A stretch of DNA of 64,000 nt, from the NCBI RefSeq assembly GCF_036971445.1, contig NC_091476.1, positions 131,378,001 to 131,442,000 on the forward strand, given 5' to 3'. The translations under genes and the position numbers were made by a program. This DNA comes from Narcine bancroftii. Lineage: Eukaryota. Below are positions 52,943 through 64,000 of the stretch, in pieces (the first letter of the stretch is position 1; every line of letters starts with the position of its first letter). A model generated the notes under the pieces. That model ran no database searches, was not told where the DNA came from, and was given only the letters and a program-made list of their open reading frames with translations.

Positions 52943-53373
52943 AAAGAAAGAGGTGAACACACCAAGAAGGAACACGTAAAAGACAAATACTGGTGTAGAA
53001 GTTTTTTATCAATGCTGTGATGCAGTCAACTTGACAGGCAATACACTTCAACAGGTTTCTGATCTGTTTTAATGATGTCAGAAGAGCAGAGGCCAGATCT
53101 TCCACAGCAACATCATCTAAGAAGCCAGATAGATCCTGGCCTGAATTCTGATGATACAGCATTCACTCACACATCACGGGGAGTGGCTGCCAAAATACCA
53201 TTACTAAGTCGGAGTTCAACCCAAAGCAAGGTGCAACTCACTAGCCAACCATTGTAGAGACAGCTGCCTGGACACTTTGTGTTTCAGACCACATAGGGTG
53301 CCAGGAATACAGGACCAATATGACAATCACCCCCACAAATACACTGAAGGAACTCACTTCCCAGTTTATTTTA

Positions 53374-53813
53374 CAGAACAACCCTGATTAATCCAAAATC
53401 AGATTCTCCAAAATTCTGTTATCCAATTTTGTTAAAAAATTCTGATAAACAAGGATATCCGAAATCCTCATTTATCTTGAATTTTTTCGGAGCCGAACTG
53501 ACTGGGGACTTAGGGCTCCTGGCGGTGACAGCAGCAGACCTCAGGCTCCTGGGCAGCAGTGAGACCCTCAGGCTCCCACAACGAATGGGGCCTCAGTGGG
53601 GACTTGTTGGTGATCAGTGATGGCCAGCATTTTTTTTTTTGGTGAGAATTAAACATTATTTTAATACTTACAAAGCCTTACCTTGTTGTTTAAACACTGT
53701 TACAAGTAATTTGCTGTGCTACTGGGCTGTTTTTTTTTAAATGACTGGTTCTCTAAAAAAAACTTCATCTGAAATGGGCCCGGTCCCGACCATTTTGGAT
53801 AATTGGAGTTCTG
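53374..53813. mobile_element. Tc1/mariner (Tigger/pogo-like) MITE
   Basis: TA-CAGAAC..GATTAATCCAAAAT ... ATTTTGGATAATTGGAGTTCTG-TA: inverted termini with TA duplication at 53372-53373 and 53814-53815. Confidence 0.7.
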
Positions 53814-55847
53814 TATTTTGAAAAGCAAATTCCCTCACAGTAACAGTTTCAGTACAATCCTATCACAATCCAAAATATGAGAGACAAGTTGCGATTCTGG
53901 TTGTAGGAGAAGCAAACACGGGTTTATAATCTCATTTGTCACATTGTTTTCAGAGGGTGAATGTTTTTGCAAGAGGATGACACTGTTGTTGACTTAGAAT
54001 CAAAGGAAAAGCCCAAGAAGTCAGGAATGAGAAATGTTGAAATGAATAAAACACATGATATTTAGAGGGATGCAAATTCTAAATGTGACAGTGGGTCACA
54101 GAAGTTATTAAACAGAAGTTTCTCTGCAAGATGCTCCTTGATACCTCCTTCTCTGGTCACCTCTAACATTTCCACGTGGCTTTGTAAGAACCATATAAAT
54201 GACTCTGTAAAATGTTTGGGATGTTTAGCAACATTATAGACACTCCAGAGGTGCCAATTCTGATTGAATCTTATCAAGGGATCCACCACTTGCATAAATG
54301 GATGGGGTGAAGAAAACATTATCCTTGGGCCGTGAATTCTTGGTGGGCATTGCCTCCTGCTATTCAACACCATTGAATTCAATGGAGGTAGAAATGTTGC
54401 TGAACACAACCAGCTGTGGGAAGGAGGAATTTGACCCATTGACTCTATGCCAGCTGCAACCGGGAGTAATCCAGTTGGTTGCGCTTTCTTCCCACAGCCC
54501 TGAAAATTCTTTCTTCCTCGCATACATATTTAAATCCATTTTTTAATATCACCATTAAATCAGCTCCCATTACCCATCCCGCAGTATGTTTACAAGCCCA
54601 AACCACTGTTTTCACCACATCACTTTTGGTTTCTTTAATAATTATTTTTATTCCATGGTCAAAAGCAAAATACTCTAGATGCCAAGAATCGGAATAAAAG
54701 AGAGGAAATGCTGGACACAGTCAACTTATCAGGTGAATCCTTCCACCAACAGGAAATCTTGATCAGGTTCCCCTCTCAATCTCCTCCATTCCAAGGAGAA
54801 CAGCTCTGCTTCTCCAGACAATCCATGTGACTGAAGTCCTCCATCCCAGCAATGACTTTAACCCATCGATTAGAACAAGGGTTGTTTTGGGAGATGGTGA
54901 TGTGACCACACCCTGGCCGTGCATGGACATAGAGATAATTCATGGTTTGATTCTTGGATCTTGCTTGCTTTTCCCTTCCTCCACCTCTACTCAGGTCCCA
55001 CCCGATATCAACTCATTCTGCAGGGGTCCCAGGTTGTCCCTGGATCTCTTGGCTTGTGCTACCCCGTTGCCTATTGGATAAACTCATCCTGAGTTGACAC
55101 CAACCATTCCAATGAGTTGTCAAGTACTGAGGGAGTGCTCTCCTGTCAGATAAAATATTAAATGGAGGCACTCAAATGAATGCAAAAGATTTCATGGCAG
55201 AGTTTTCAGAATACTCAAACATCCCAGGATCTTGGCAAATATTCCTCCCAAACATTGCTTGTGGGAGCCTGTTGTGCAGAAATCAGCTGCTTGGTTACCA
55301 TGGTGACTAGTCTAAAATTCATGATAGGCTTGAAGGTACTTTGGGACATTGTAACATTGTGCAAAATAGGTGCACCAACAGAAGTCATTTTGCTTCTCAA
55401 GAATGAGCAATTATTTTCAATAATCTAGAGATATAAGTACAATATCTTCCTGCTTTCACCAGATGGTGTTCTATCTCCTGATTTCATTCCAGAATAATAA
55501 CCATTTCCAACAGGAGTTTACTCCTGCAGTCTTAGAATTTTCCTCACTGGGGAGATTTACAAATCCACGATTTCAGAAGAGCTTCATGCGTACATCGATA
55601 CATAATGGATATCATTACAGGTTTTTCAGAGCTGGTGCTGGTGTGAACGAGGAGGTAGAAACAAGTCACCTCCACACTGCCAGACTCGTCTCTCAGTTCA
55701 GGGAGAGGTAGTGGGCTGAAAATAGAATCCTTGAAGCTGCCTTTGCATCAATCCCATTTCCGAGGGTTGTAAATATTAGCAATAGATCCATGTGTCCACT
55801 GTCCAAGGAGTCAAGGTCAATTCCCAAACTGTACTTCAGCAGAAATG

Positions 55848-56510
55848 TAGAGACAGTGAGACAGCCTTGGCAGAGTGCAGGTACGTTGTAGATGGTAGGG
55901 GGTGAGACAGCCCTAGTAAGGTGTAGGTAGGAGGTAGGGGGTGAGACAGCCCTGAGAGGAGTGGGTAGGTGTTAAGAGGGTGAGACAGCCCTGAGAGGAG
56001 TGGGTAGGTGTTAAGAGGGTGAGACAGCCCTGTGAGGAGTCGGTAAGTGGTACTGGGTGAGACAGCCCTAGTGAGGTGTTAGTGTGGTAGGGGGTGAAAC
56101 AGCCCTGGTGAGGTGTGAGCAGGTGTTAAGAGATGAGACGGCCCTAGTGAGGTGTGGGTAGGTGGTGAAACAGCCCTGGTGAGGTGTGAGTAGGTGTTAG
56201 AAGATGAGACAGGACTGGTGAGGTGTGGGTAGGGAGTAGGGGTGTGAAACAGCCCTGGTGAGGTGCGAGCAGGTGTTAAGAGATGAGACAGTCCTAGTGA
56301 GGTGTGGGTAGGTGGTAGGGGGTGAAACAGCCCTGGTGAGGTGCAAGCAGGTGTTAAGAGATGAGACAGTCCTAGTGAGGTGTGGGTAGGTGGTAGGGGG
56401 TGAAACAGCCCTGGTGAGGTGTGAGTAGGTGTTAGAAGGTGAGACAGGACTGGTGAGATGAGGGTAGGTAGTAGGGGTGTGAAATAGCCCTGGTGAGGTG
56501 TAGGCAGATG
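55848..56510. repeat. G-rich minisatellite, ~31-36 bp unit (GTGARACAGCCCTRGTGAGGTGTGRGTAGGTG..)
   Basis: About 19 tandem copies with alternating variant units in the right half. It produces ORF 56197-56571. Confidence 0.95.
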
Positions 56511-59142
56511 GTACAGAAAACATACGTTGAAGGCGGGATAGTGTTAATGGCTCAGTTTGAAGATCCTTCATCAGAAGTCAAGCGACTTCCCAAAGTCCCA
56601 GCTGAACCCAGCGTTCCCAAAGCTTACTTCTGATGACTTAGGTTTCAGGTGGAAGTAAAACTAACTAAAGTCTGGAGACACTGTGATTCAAGTAAAAGTT
56701 TGAAGAAGATTAGCATGTCAAACAGAGTACTTAATGGAGCAAAGACAAAGATGTATAAACAATGTTTCAGGCTTGAGTCCTTCATCAAGGCCTTGGGTTT
56801 AAGGTCATTTAGGGGAATCAGACAGAAACAACTTCCTAGCATCTTTTTCAAATAGAATCACAATGTCTAACAGAGAATTATTCAGCACAATAAGGGGGTT
56901 TATTTTTAACAACCAATGTTGACGCACTTTAACATTTTCCATGAGCACAAATGGAGTAGAGAAATACTCTGGAGCCCTTAGAGAGACAGTGGGAGAAAAC
57001 CTTTAAAAAAAATCAGTCAAAATGTCAGGAGATGGTGGAAGATCTGTAAATGTCAAGGTGAACTACAAAGGACCCAGTTTTGGGAAAAAAAATTCTCAAA
57101 GCAGAAAATCTGACATTCTGCTGAGTCCCCACTCTGCTGACAATTCCTTTCAATATTATCAGCAAGAGAGAGCTGGATCTATTTACAGGAACAAACATTA
57201 CTTGAGATTTGAGGTCTTGCTTTTTGAATTAAAGCGGTTCCATTTCTACACCTGGAATCTGTGTTCCTAAACTGTAAAAGAAGGTGGAGCATTTCTTATT
57301 CCCACTCCTGACTGAAAACAATAGGCTCAGGCATGTTTCGTTTTTAAAGGTCAACATACTCCGAGATAAATATGTGGAGTAAATTATATGTCTTAATGGC
57401 ATTTTAAGTTGTGCAATATGTTAAGAGTGGTTTAAAACATGAAATGGAGAAAGTACTCAGTAGTTCAGTTCAGTGTAAGGCAAGAGCTAATCTCTCTGGC
57501 AAATGACCTTTCATCAAAACCTTGGTGACTTCTAATAAAAGTTCACTGATCTGAAACAATGGCCCTCATTCCACAGAAGCGGCATGATCTGTGAGTCCTT
57601 TCTTCCATATCTGGGATTTATTTTAGATGTTTGGCTTCTGATTAATATTATATGAGTGTATTTGTATGTTGTTCAAGCTTACTGGTGGCAGGAGGTCATG
57701 GACTTTGAGATGGGGGCTTTCAGGACCACCCTTGGGACAAACACAAGATCCGCCACACCCGTGCAGTATTTAGGGAAAGCTACATGCTTTAAAAATCAGC
57801 ACTCCCTGTCTTTTCCTGCCGAGTACCACAGAGGATAGCAAGTTGTAAAGATTCCTGGCTCTTAAGGGTGAACGGAGTTCTCCTGGATACAATAAACAAA
57901 CATGCAGGTCAGACAGTATCTGTACATTCAGCTGAGCATTCATGAGGAAGGTAGTGGGGAAGGAGGTTAAATAGCTGATCCGGCCTTAACATCCAAAAAC
58001 ACACCTTCTCAAAGCCTGTAAAGAGCAGGTGATTTTCACACTCCTCCGATGGGCACCCTAAGGTGACAGGAAAATTTGGAGTCTGCTGCTGCATGAGAAA
58101 GTATTCCCTTCAAACTCAGCAGGCAGGCATGGCTGACGTACCCCTCCCTGTTCCAGCAGATCAGTGGAAGCAATCCTGTAAACTAATAACTGCTCACTCA
58201 TTACTCTTCAACAGATTTTATTACTGTGAGCTGCATCATCAATGTCGTTTGGCCAACGTGGTTTTGTGAAACCCTCCAGGCATAAGAAATTACATTTGTG
58301 TTTTTTTTTAAACCAAATGGTTGCTTTTACCCACTGCACCCTCAACAAATCATGTTTACAAAGGGTTCTTTCTTTGATAAATCCAAAGACCATAAATGGC
58401 CTGTTTGTTTCATTGATCGATTGAGAGGAACTTGCTAATTACGTCTAGAATCTCAGCAGACAGAAATGTAATTTTCTTTCGGTTCCCACTGAATACTGAG
58501 CAGCACATCTTTTACTGTGCCCCTTGTTCATACATTACTGATGAACAATGACAATTAGAATCACAACAAGCTATTAACTTCAAAATAAAACTTCCCATTT
58601 ATACCTCCAATGCATTACTTGCCACTTTGTCCTCTTGCATCCGTGCTGTTGTTGAATCTCCCCGTGATAAACCTCCGCTTATCTCCTATTCCTGAGTTCA
58701 CACTTTTAAAGCTTGTGTTTTGGAACCTTTTGAGCTCTGCTCAAAACTCATGGATTGGAAACATCCTGTTGGAATGGTCAGCCATCAGCTGCCCACACAT
58801 CAGCAGACTGATCAGTCTGCGCTTTCCCTTCAGTTTCGACGTGGGTGCATATGACATTTAACAAATGGCAAGGATCTGGTGGGGAATGGGGGAGAGGGGG
58901 AGAAGGGGTCTGCTTGGTCTACCACGGGAAGGGCCCTGTTCAATCTACTGGGGAGAAAGGTGGGGACAGGCAAGGGGGGAGGGTCTTGCTTTATCTTGGG
59001 AGGGGGGAGTAGGTGGGGAAGCCCAGCTATCTGCTATGGGAGGGGAGGTGGGGGCAGGAAAGGGGGAGGGCCATGCTCATCTACTGGAGGGGACAGTAGG
59101 GAAAGAGCACTGCTCTATTTGCTGAGAGGGTATGTGTGTGTG

Positions 59143-60045
59143 TGTTTGGCCTGGAAGTCAGCCTGAAGAAAACTGATGTCCTCCTTCAGCCAGCTCCCCA
59201 TCATGACTACCAGCCCCCCCACATCTCCACTGGGCACACAAAACTCAAAACGGTCAACCAGTTTACCTATCTCGGCTGCACCATTTTATCGGATGCAAGG
59301 ATCGACAACGAGATAGACAACAGACTCGCCAAGGCAAATAGCGCCTTTGGAAGACTACACAAATGAGTCTGGAAGAACAACCAACTGAAAAACCTCACAA
59401 AGATTAGTGTATACAGAGCCGTTGTCATACCCACACTCCTGTTCGGCTGCGAATCATGGGTCCTCTACCGGCATCGCCTACGGCTCCTAGAATGCTTCCA
59501 CCAGCGTTGTCTCCGCTCCATCCTCAACATTCATTGGAGCGACTTCATCCCTAACATCGAAGTACTCGAGATGGCAGAGGCCGACAGCATTGAATCCACG
59601 CTGCTGAAGATCCAACTGCGCTGGGTAGGTCACGTCTCCAGAATGGAGGACTATCGCCTTCCCAAGATCGTGTTATATGGCGAGCGCTCCACTGGCCACC
59701 ATGACAGAGGTGCACCAAACAAGAGGTACAAGGACTGCCAAAAGAAATCTCTTGGTGCCTGCCACATTAACCACCCCCAGTGGGCTGATATCGCCTCAAA
59801 CCGTGCATCTTTGTGCCTCGCAGTTCGGCGGGCACCTTGGCGCCTCACAGTTGAAGAAGACCGCAGAGCCCACCTCACTGACAAAAGACAAAGGAGGAAA
59901 AACCCAACACTAAACCCCAACCAACCAATTTTCCCTTGCAACCGTGTCTGCCTGTCCTGCATTGAACTTGTCAGCCACAAACGAGCCTGCAGGTGACGTG
60001 GACATTACCCCTCCATAAATCTTCGTCCACGAAGCCAAGCCAAAG
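59143..60045 (+). mobile_element. 5'-truncated RTE-clade LINE (same family as 22822-23460)
   Basis: FGLEVSLKKTDVL..FTYLGCTILSDARIDNEIDNRLAKANSAFGRL..YRAVVIPTLLFGCESW..; ends GAAGCCAAGCCAAAG. One premature stop at 59364-59366. Confidence 0.92.
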
Positions 60046-60362
60046 TATAAACTGGGGGTGAAAGGGAAAAGGAGGCCTGCTCGATCTATGAGAGGAAGGT
60101 AAGATGGGAGATTGCTCTCCTCGACCTACTGGGGTGGGGGGGGTGGGGGTGGGCGGAGAGAAAGGGAACCAGAGCAAGCCCCATGCAAACGGGCAGTAAA
60201 CTGAGCAGTACCAGTGATCGTCCCTCCAGCATATTGAGGTTGGCTCCAGATTCTAGCATCTACAGCCTCTCATGCATCTCCCATCAATTAAAAAATGGTT
60301 CAAGTTAAAAATGAAAATAATTTAAAATATTTAAAATCAAGCAAACTCACATTGTTTTAGAA

Positions 60363-61589
60363 CACACATGTCAAACTCTGGCCCGCGGGCCAAATTTGGC
60401 CTGCGATATAATTATATTTGGCCCGCAAGATCATTTCAAAAATGTATTAGAGGTGGCCTGCCCTGCAGCGAGAGCCGATGCTGTTTTTTGGTAATGTCAC
60501 CCCCACCATCCTCCCCCTTCATTGCACATCCTTCCCCACCCCCTAACTATCCCCTCCCCCCTAAAACCACCCCCCTTAAAAGATGGCCAGAATATTCTCA
60601 AAAAGGAATCCAGAATGGTAAAGTTCCACAAACCTTCTGCTGGGAATCCTAACAACACCCGGGCATCAGATCCACGGGACGCGGAGGGAGCAAGAGTGTT
60701 GCAGGTTGACCGTGCAAACTTTGAGAACGGGGAAAACAAAATTGTAACACAAGAAGTCTGTCGATGTCATCAGCCAGCAAGCCAGTTGGAAGGCTCCCCG
60801 CACAACCAGTCACTTCTCCCACCTGTCGAGCGGTGCGGCGGATTGGCGAGCGCCTGTGATTTCCTGTCGGCGCGACCGACATGGCAGGCTGCGCACGGCC
60901 CCCGCTGTTCCGCAAAGGCTGATCGGCAGCGTGCTGGGCCTGAGTGGGTGGGTAAGCAGGGGTGGGCAGAGGATGTAGGTGAGGAGTAATGGGCAGGGGA
61001 AGTTATGGTGGTGCGGGGGCAGTTAGAGGGAGGGATGAGTAGAAGGAGGGGTGGATAGGGAAGAGGTAAAAGGGGAGGGGCAGGGCGAGTAGGGGAGGGG
61101 TGATTAGAGGGTGAGAGACAGGTAGAGGGAGGAACAGGTTGAGGGGAGAGGCAGTAGAGGGGCGTGTACAGGATGGGGTGGGTAGAGGCAGAGCGAATGG
61201 AGTGAGGGGTGAGTAGAGGTTGGGTAAAGGACTGGTCAGGTAGAGGGATGGTGGGTCGAGGGTGAATAGAGGCCTAGAGCCTGAGGAATGAGCAGGAAAT
61301 GCTGAGTCCTGATGCAGGCCAAAATGGACACAGCCTGTGAATGCTGACATCTCCACAGGGGCCAAATATGTTTCCCTCAGGTCAAGCAAAGGGTGAACTT
61401 GAGCTACCTACTCCTGACCTGTAACATTATCCTCCTAAAGTTATATCCTAAAGTTTAACATTACATATGTTGAAAGAAGAGAAAACATGCAGATGTTGTT
61501 GAAAATTTTCAATAAATATTTAGTTCGGCCCTCGACTTAGTCCAAGTTTTTAATTTTGGCCCTCCGTGAATTTGAGTTTGACACCCCTG
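60363..61589. mobile_element. Non-autonomous hAT (Charlie-like) DNA transposon
   Basis: TIRs CACACATGTCAAACTC / GAGTTTGACACCCCTG. Subterminal GGCCC repeats at both ends. Perfect 8-bp TSD ttttagaa at 60355-60362 and 61590-61597. Confidence 0.9.
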
Positions 61590-61685
61590 TTTTAGAACAA
61601 ATGAACTATACTGACCCTCCTCCCTCACAGCTGCTCCTCTCCTTTGCAAAATCTGTGCTGGCTCCTCCTGCTACAAGAGGGACCA

Positions 61686-61785
61686 GCACTGGATCACTGA
61701 CCAGATTCTCCAGGAGGGTCCGGCACTGGATCACTGACCAGAGCCTCCAAGAGTGTCTGGCTCCGGATCACTGACCAGATTCTCA
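61686..61785. repeat. Short tandem repeat, 37-bp unit, ~2.7 copies
   Basis: gcactggatcactgaccaga (third copy gctccggatc..) at 61686, 61723 and 61760. Confidence 0.85.
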
Positions 61786-62384
61786 GTGTGAACACTGCAG
61801 GTGCGGCACCATGTGGAGGTCCAGCAGGGAGCAGTGATCACCACATCATTATTTTAACTGAAAACATTGACTTTTGTTTTTTTTTATTTACACCAATATC
61901 AGAGTTCAATTCTGTGGAGGATCCACACAGGCGCTACAGTGAAAGTAGTCAGCGTAGCAGAATGCAGGGCTTCAATCCGGAGAAAGGAGGTGACCAGAGC
62001 TCAGTGCTTGGAGGATGCAAACAAGTGAGACAGAGACATTGGGTGATAATGGCCTAACTGTAGCAAGAAGCAGATCCAGAAGCCAATGCATCTCTCAGTA
62101 CTTTCACTGAGCTGTAAGCAGACATTGGCAGATAATGAGACACACAGACTGATTTAATCCAGACCTCATTAATACCGAAGGCACCGCACTCGCTGATATA
62201 CTATGTCAGTTATCAAAACATCAATTCGCCAAATTGGAGATTTCATGCTTTTAGACATCTAATAATACACCCAAGCAAAGAAAAGTTTGACAGGATCCAC
62301 TGGAAATTATCAGATTCATACAATTGTATAGACTGATTTTAATATATTTAGCAATATTAATGTCAAACGTTTGAAATGATCAGG

Positions 62385-62975
62385 CACAGAAACAGGCCCA
62401 CACGACCTGCTTGCCCATGTGATCAACATGTCCTCCTACTTTAGTTCCACGCCCATATTAAGCCCACACCCCTCCAATCCCCTACTATCCATGGTGTTTC
62501 TTTAAAGGAAACTAATGCACCTACCTGCACCACTTTGTCAACTTGTTCCATTTGCCCACCTTCCTCTGAAAATAAAGATCCCCTTGCACTCCTACTAAAT
62601 TTCACCCCCCCCCCCCTCTCTTTAGATTCTCCTACACCAGGAAACAGGCTGTCACTATTCACCATATCTAGGCCCCTCATGATTTTAGACCTCAATAAGA
62701 TCACCTCTCAACCTCCAACACTCGAAGAAAAACATGTCTATTTTTTTCCAGCCTTTCACGATAACTCAACTTCCCTAATCCTATCAACAACTTTTACCTC
62801 TTCTCTACCCTTTCCAACTTTATAAAATCTTTCCTGTCGCTAGCTCGGTGACAAAAACTGCACACCATATGCTGAGTGTGGCCTCACCCACATCTTGTAT
62901 AACTTCAACATGATGTCCTCACACTTGAATTCAACACCCTGACCGATGAAGGCCAGTGTTCCCAACAGTCTCGTC
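62385..62975 (-). mobile_element. CR1 LINE 3' portion
   Basis: The minus strand encodes MLKLYKMWVRPHSAYGVQFLSPS and KIMRGLDMVNSDSLFPGVGESK, followed by a CR1 3' UTR. Confidence 0.8.
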
Positions 62976-63639
62976 ATGACTGCCTGCCTCTACCGCCTAT
63001 GTTGAATCAGCCTTTGATATTTTCCAAAAATTCTCATGATATTAATCATCGACATTTTAATGCTTTATTATTGAACAACTGTCTGGCAGTTCTTGTCATT
63101 GTGTGATCCTTATACCATTAGTTTTGAAATCCATCCATGCAACTACCCAAGACATTCCTGCATCTATTGATTCTCTCGTGTTACTGCTGTTGCAGAAAGC
63201 AGATATGTGGATTTCCTTTGGGAGCAGTTAATGTCTTTGACAGCCAAGAATGAAGGCTACTGGCAGTGGGCACCACACAGGAGAATAGCTACTTCAGAGG
63301 CACGTGCTGAAAATGCATAGTATCCCTGGGTCTCCGTTAGTATGGAGATGGAGTTTCATTCTTAGTTAGGAAAGGAGATACAACAAAGACAGATTCACAG
63401 GTGTGATAGAAACCTTTAAGATGCTCGCTCTGTTTTAGAATAAGAGAAAGAGTACATCCAGAAACATACTCTTTTAGCCCATAACCAATGTCCATGATGC
63501 CAATTTATACTGAACGTCTGCCTTGATATGATCTATATCCCTCCATTCCCTGCCTGTTCATGTACCTACCTACATATCTCATCAACATTACTATTGTTTG
63601 AGCTCCACCACCTCTCCTTGCATTCCAAGCACCTACCAG

Positions 63640-64000
63640 ATTCTTTCTTATTATCTCCGTCAGCGGTTCAATTGATAAAATAAAGAGCGATAGGGGCAGG
63701 GATCATCCCTGTCTACTCAATCTACTCAAGGGGGACACTGCCGACATCTGATTATTTGTTATTATTTTAGCTTGTGGCTTATGGAATAAAGTTTTCATCC
63801 AATTTGTAAATGTTCTGCCTATACTAAATTTTTCCAGTGTTTTAAATAAAAAGGGCCATTCCAAATGGTTGAATACTTTTTCTGCATCTAGGGAGAATGT
63901 AACACTTGGATTTCGTTCAGATTTAGCCAAGTGTATTATATTAAATAACCTTCCTAGACTATTTGAGGAATGCCTTCCTTTAACAAATCCTGCTTGGTCC
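63640..64000 (-). mobile_element. L1-clade RT fragment (a different family from 19566-25975), running off the window edge
   Basis: DQAGFVKGRHSSNSLGRLFNII..FSLDAEKVFNHLEWPFLFKTLEKF..SRQG*SLPLSLFILSIEPL. Confidence 0.88.

Noticed and set aside
52941-53162. Protein-looking minus ORF (..GFLDDVAVEDLASALLTSLKQIRNLLKC..)
   Set aside because: No recognisable family and no convincing splice signals, so it cannot be supported.
58878-59110. Gly-rich ORFs in a G-rich tract
   Set aside because: Low-complexity purine-rich sequence; the ORFs are compositional artefacts.
61686-61785. 20-bp repeat with ~17-bp intervening sequence (mini-CRISPR-like)
   Set aside because: The intervening parts are similar to each other, so this is a 37-bp tandem repeat.

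Overview
This is eukaryotic, repeat-rich intronic or intergenic DNA, most likely from a cartilaginous fish (ray, skate or shark). That is an inference from the repeat mix: HE1/V-SINE-like SINEs, CR1, Rex/Babar, L2, RTE and L1 LINEs, Penelope remnants, a BEL/Pao LTR element and hAT, Tigger and Harbinger-type MITEs. I could not identify any host protein-coding gene with confidence. Nearly all protein-like ORFs in the track are decayed transposon genes or spurious. The main structures are: (1) a full-length, decayed L1 (19566-25975, -) with a 14-bp target-site duplication (TSD) and a mammalian-L1-like G-run/YY1 5' end, interrupted by a young RTE LINE fragment; (2) a two-LTR BEL/Pao element (29893-35544) with a 5-bp TSD nested in a Rex/Babar LINE; (3) a three-level nest of a solo LTR inside a hAT MITE inside an L2 fragment (38620-39620); (4) a hAT element with a perfect 8-bp TSD (60363-61589); (5) several minisatellites, one with a 245-bp higher-order repeat; (6) degenerate hammerhead-ribozyme cores in Penelope remnants; (7) one weak candidate 78-nt host exon. 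I see no convincing novel system such as CRISPR, an operon or an intact novel gene. Boundaries not fixed by a TSD are approximate.
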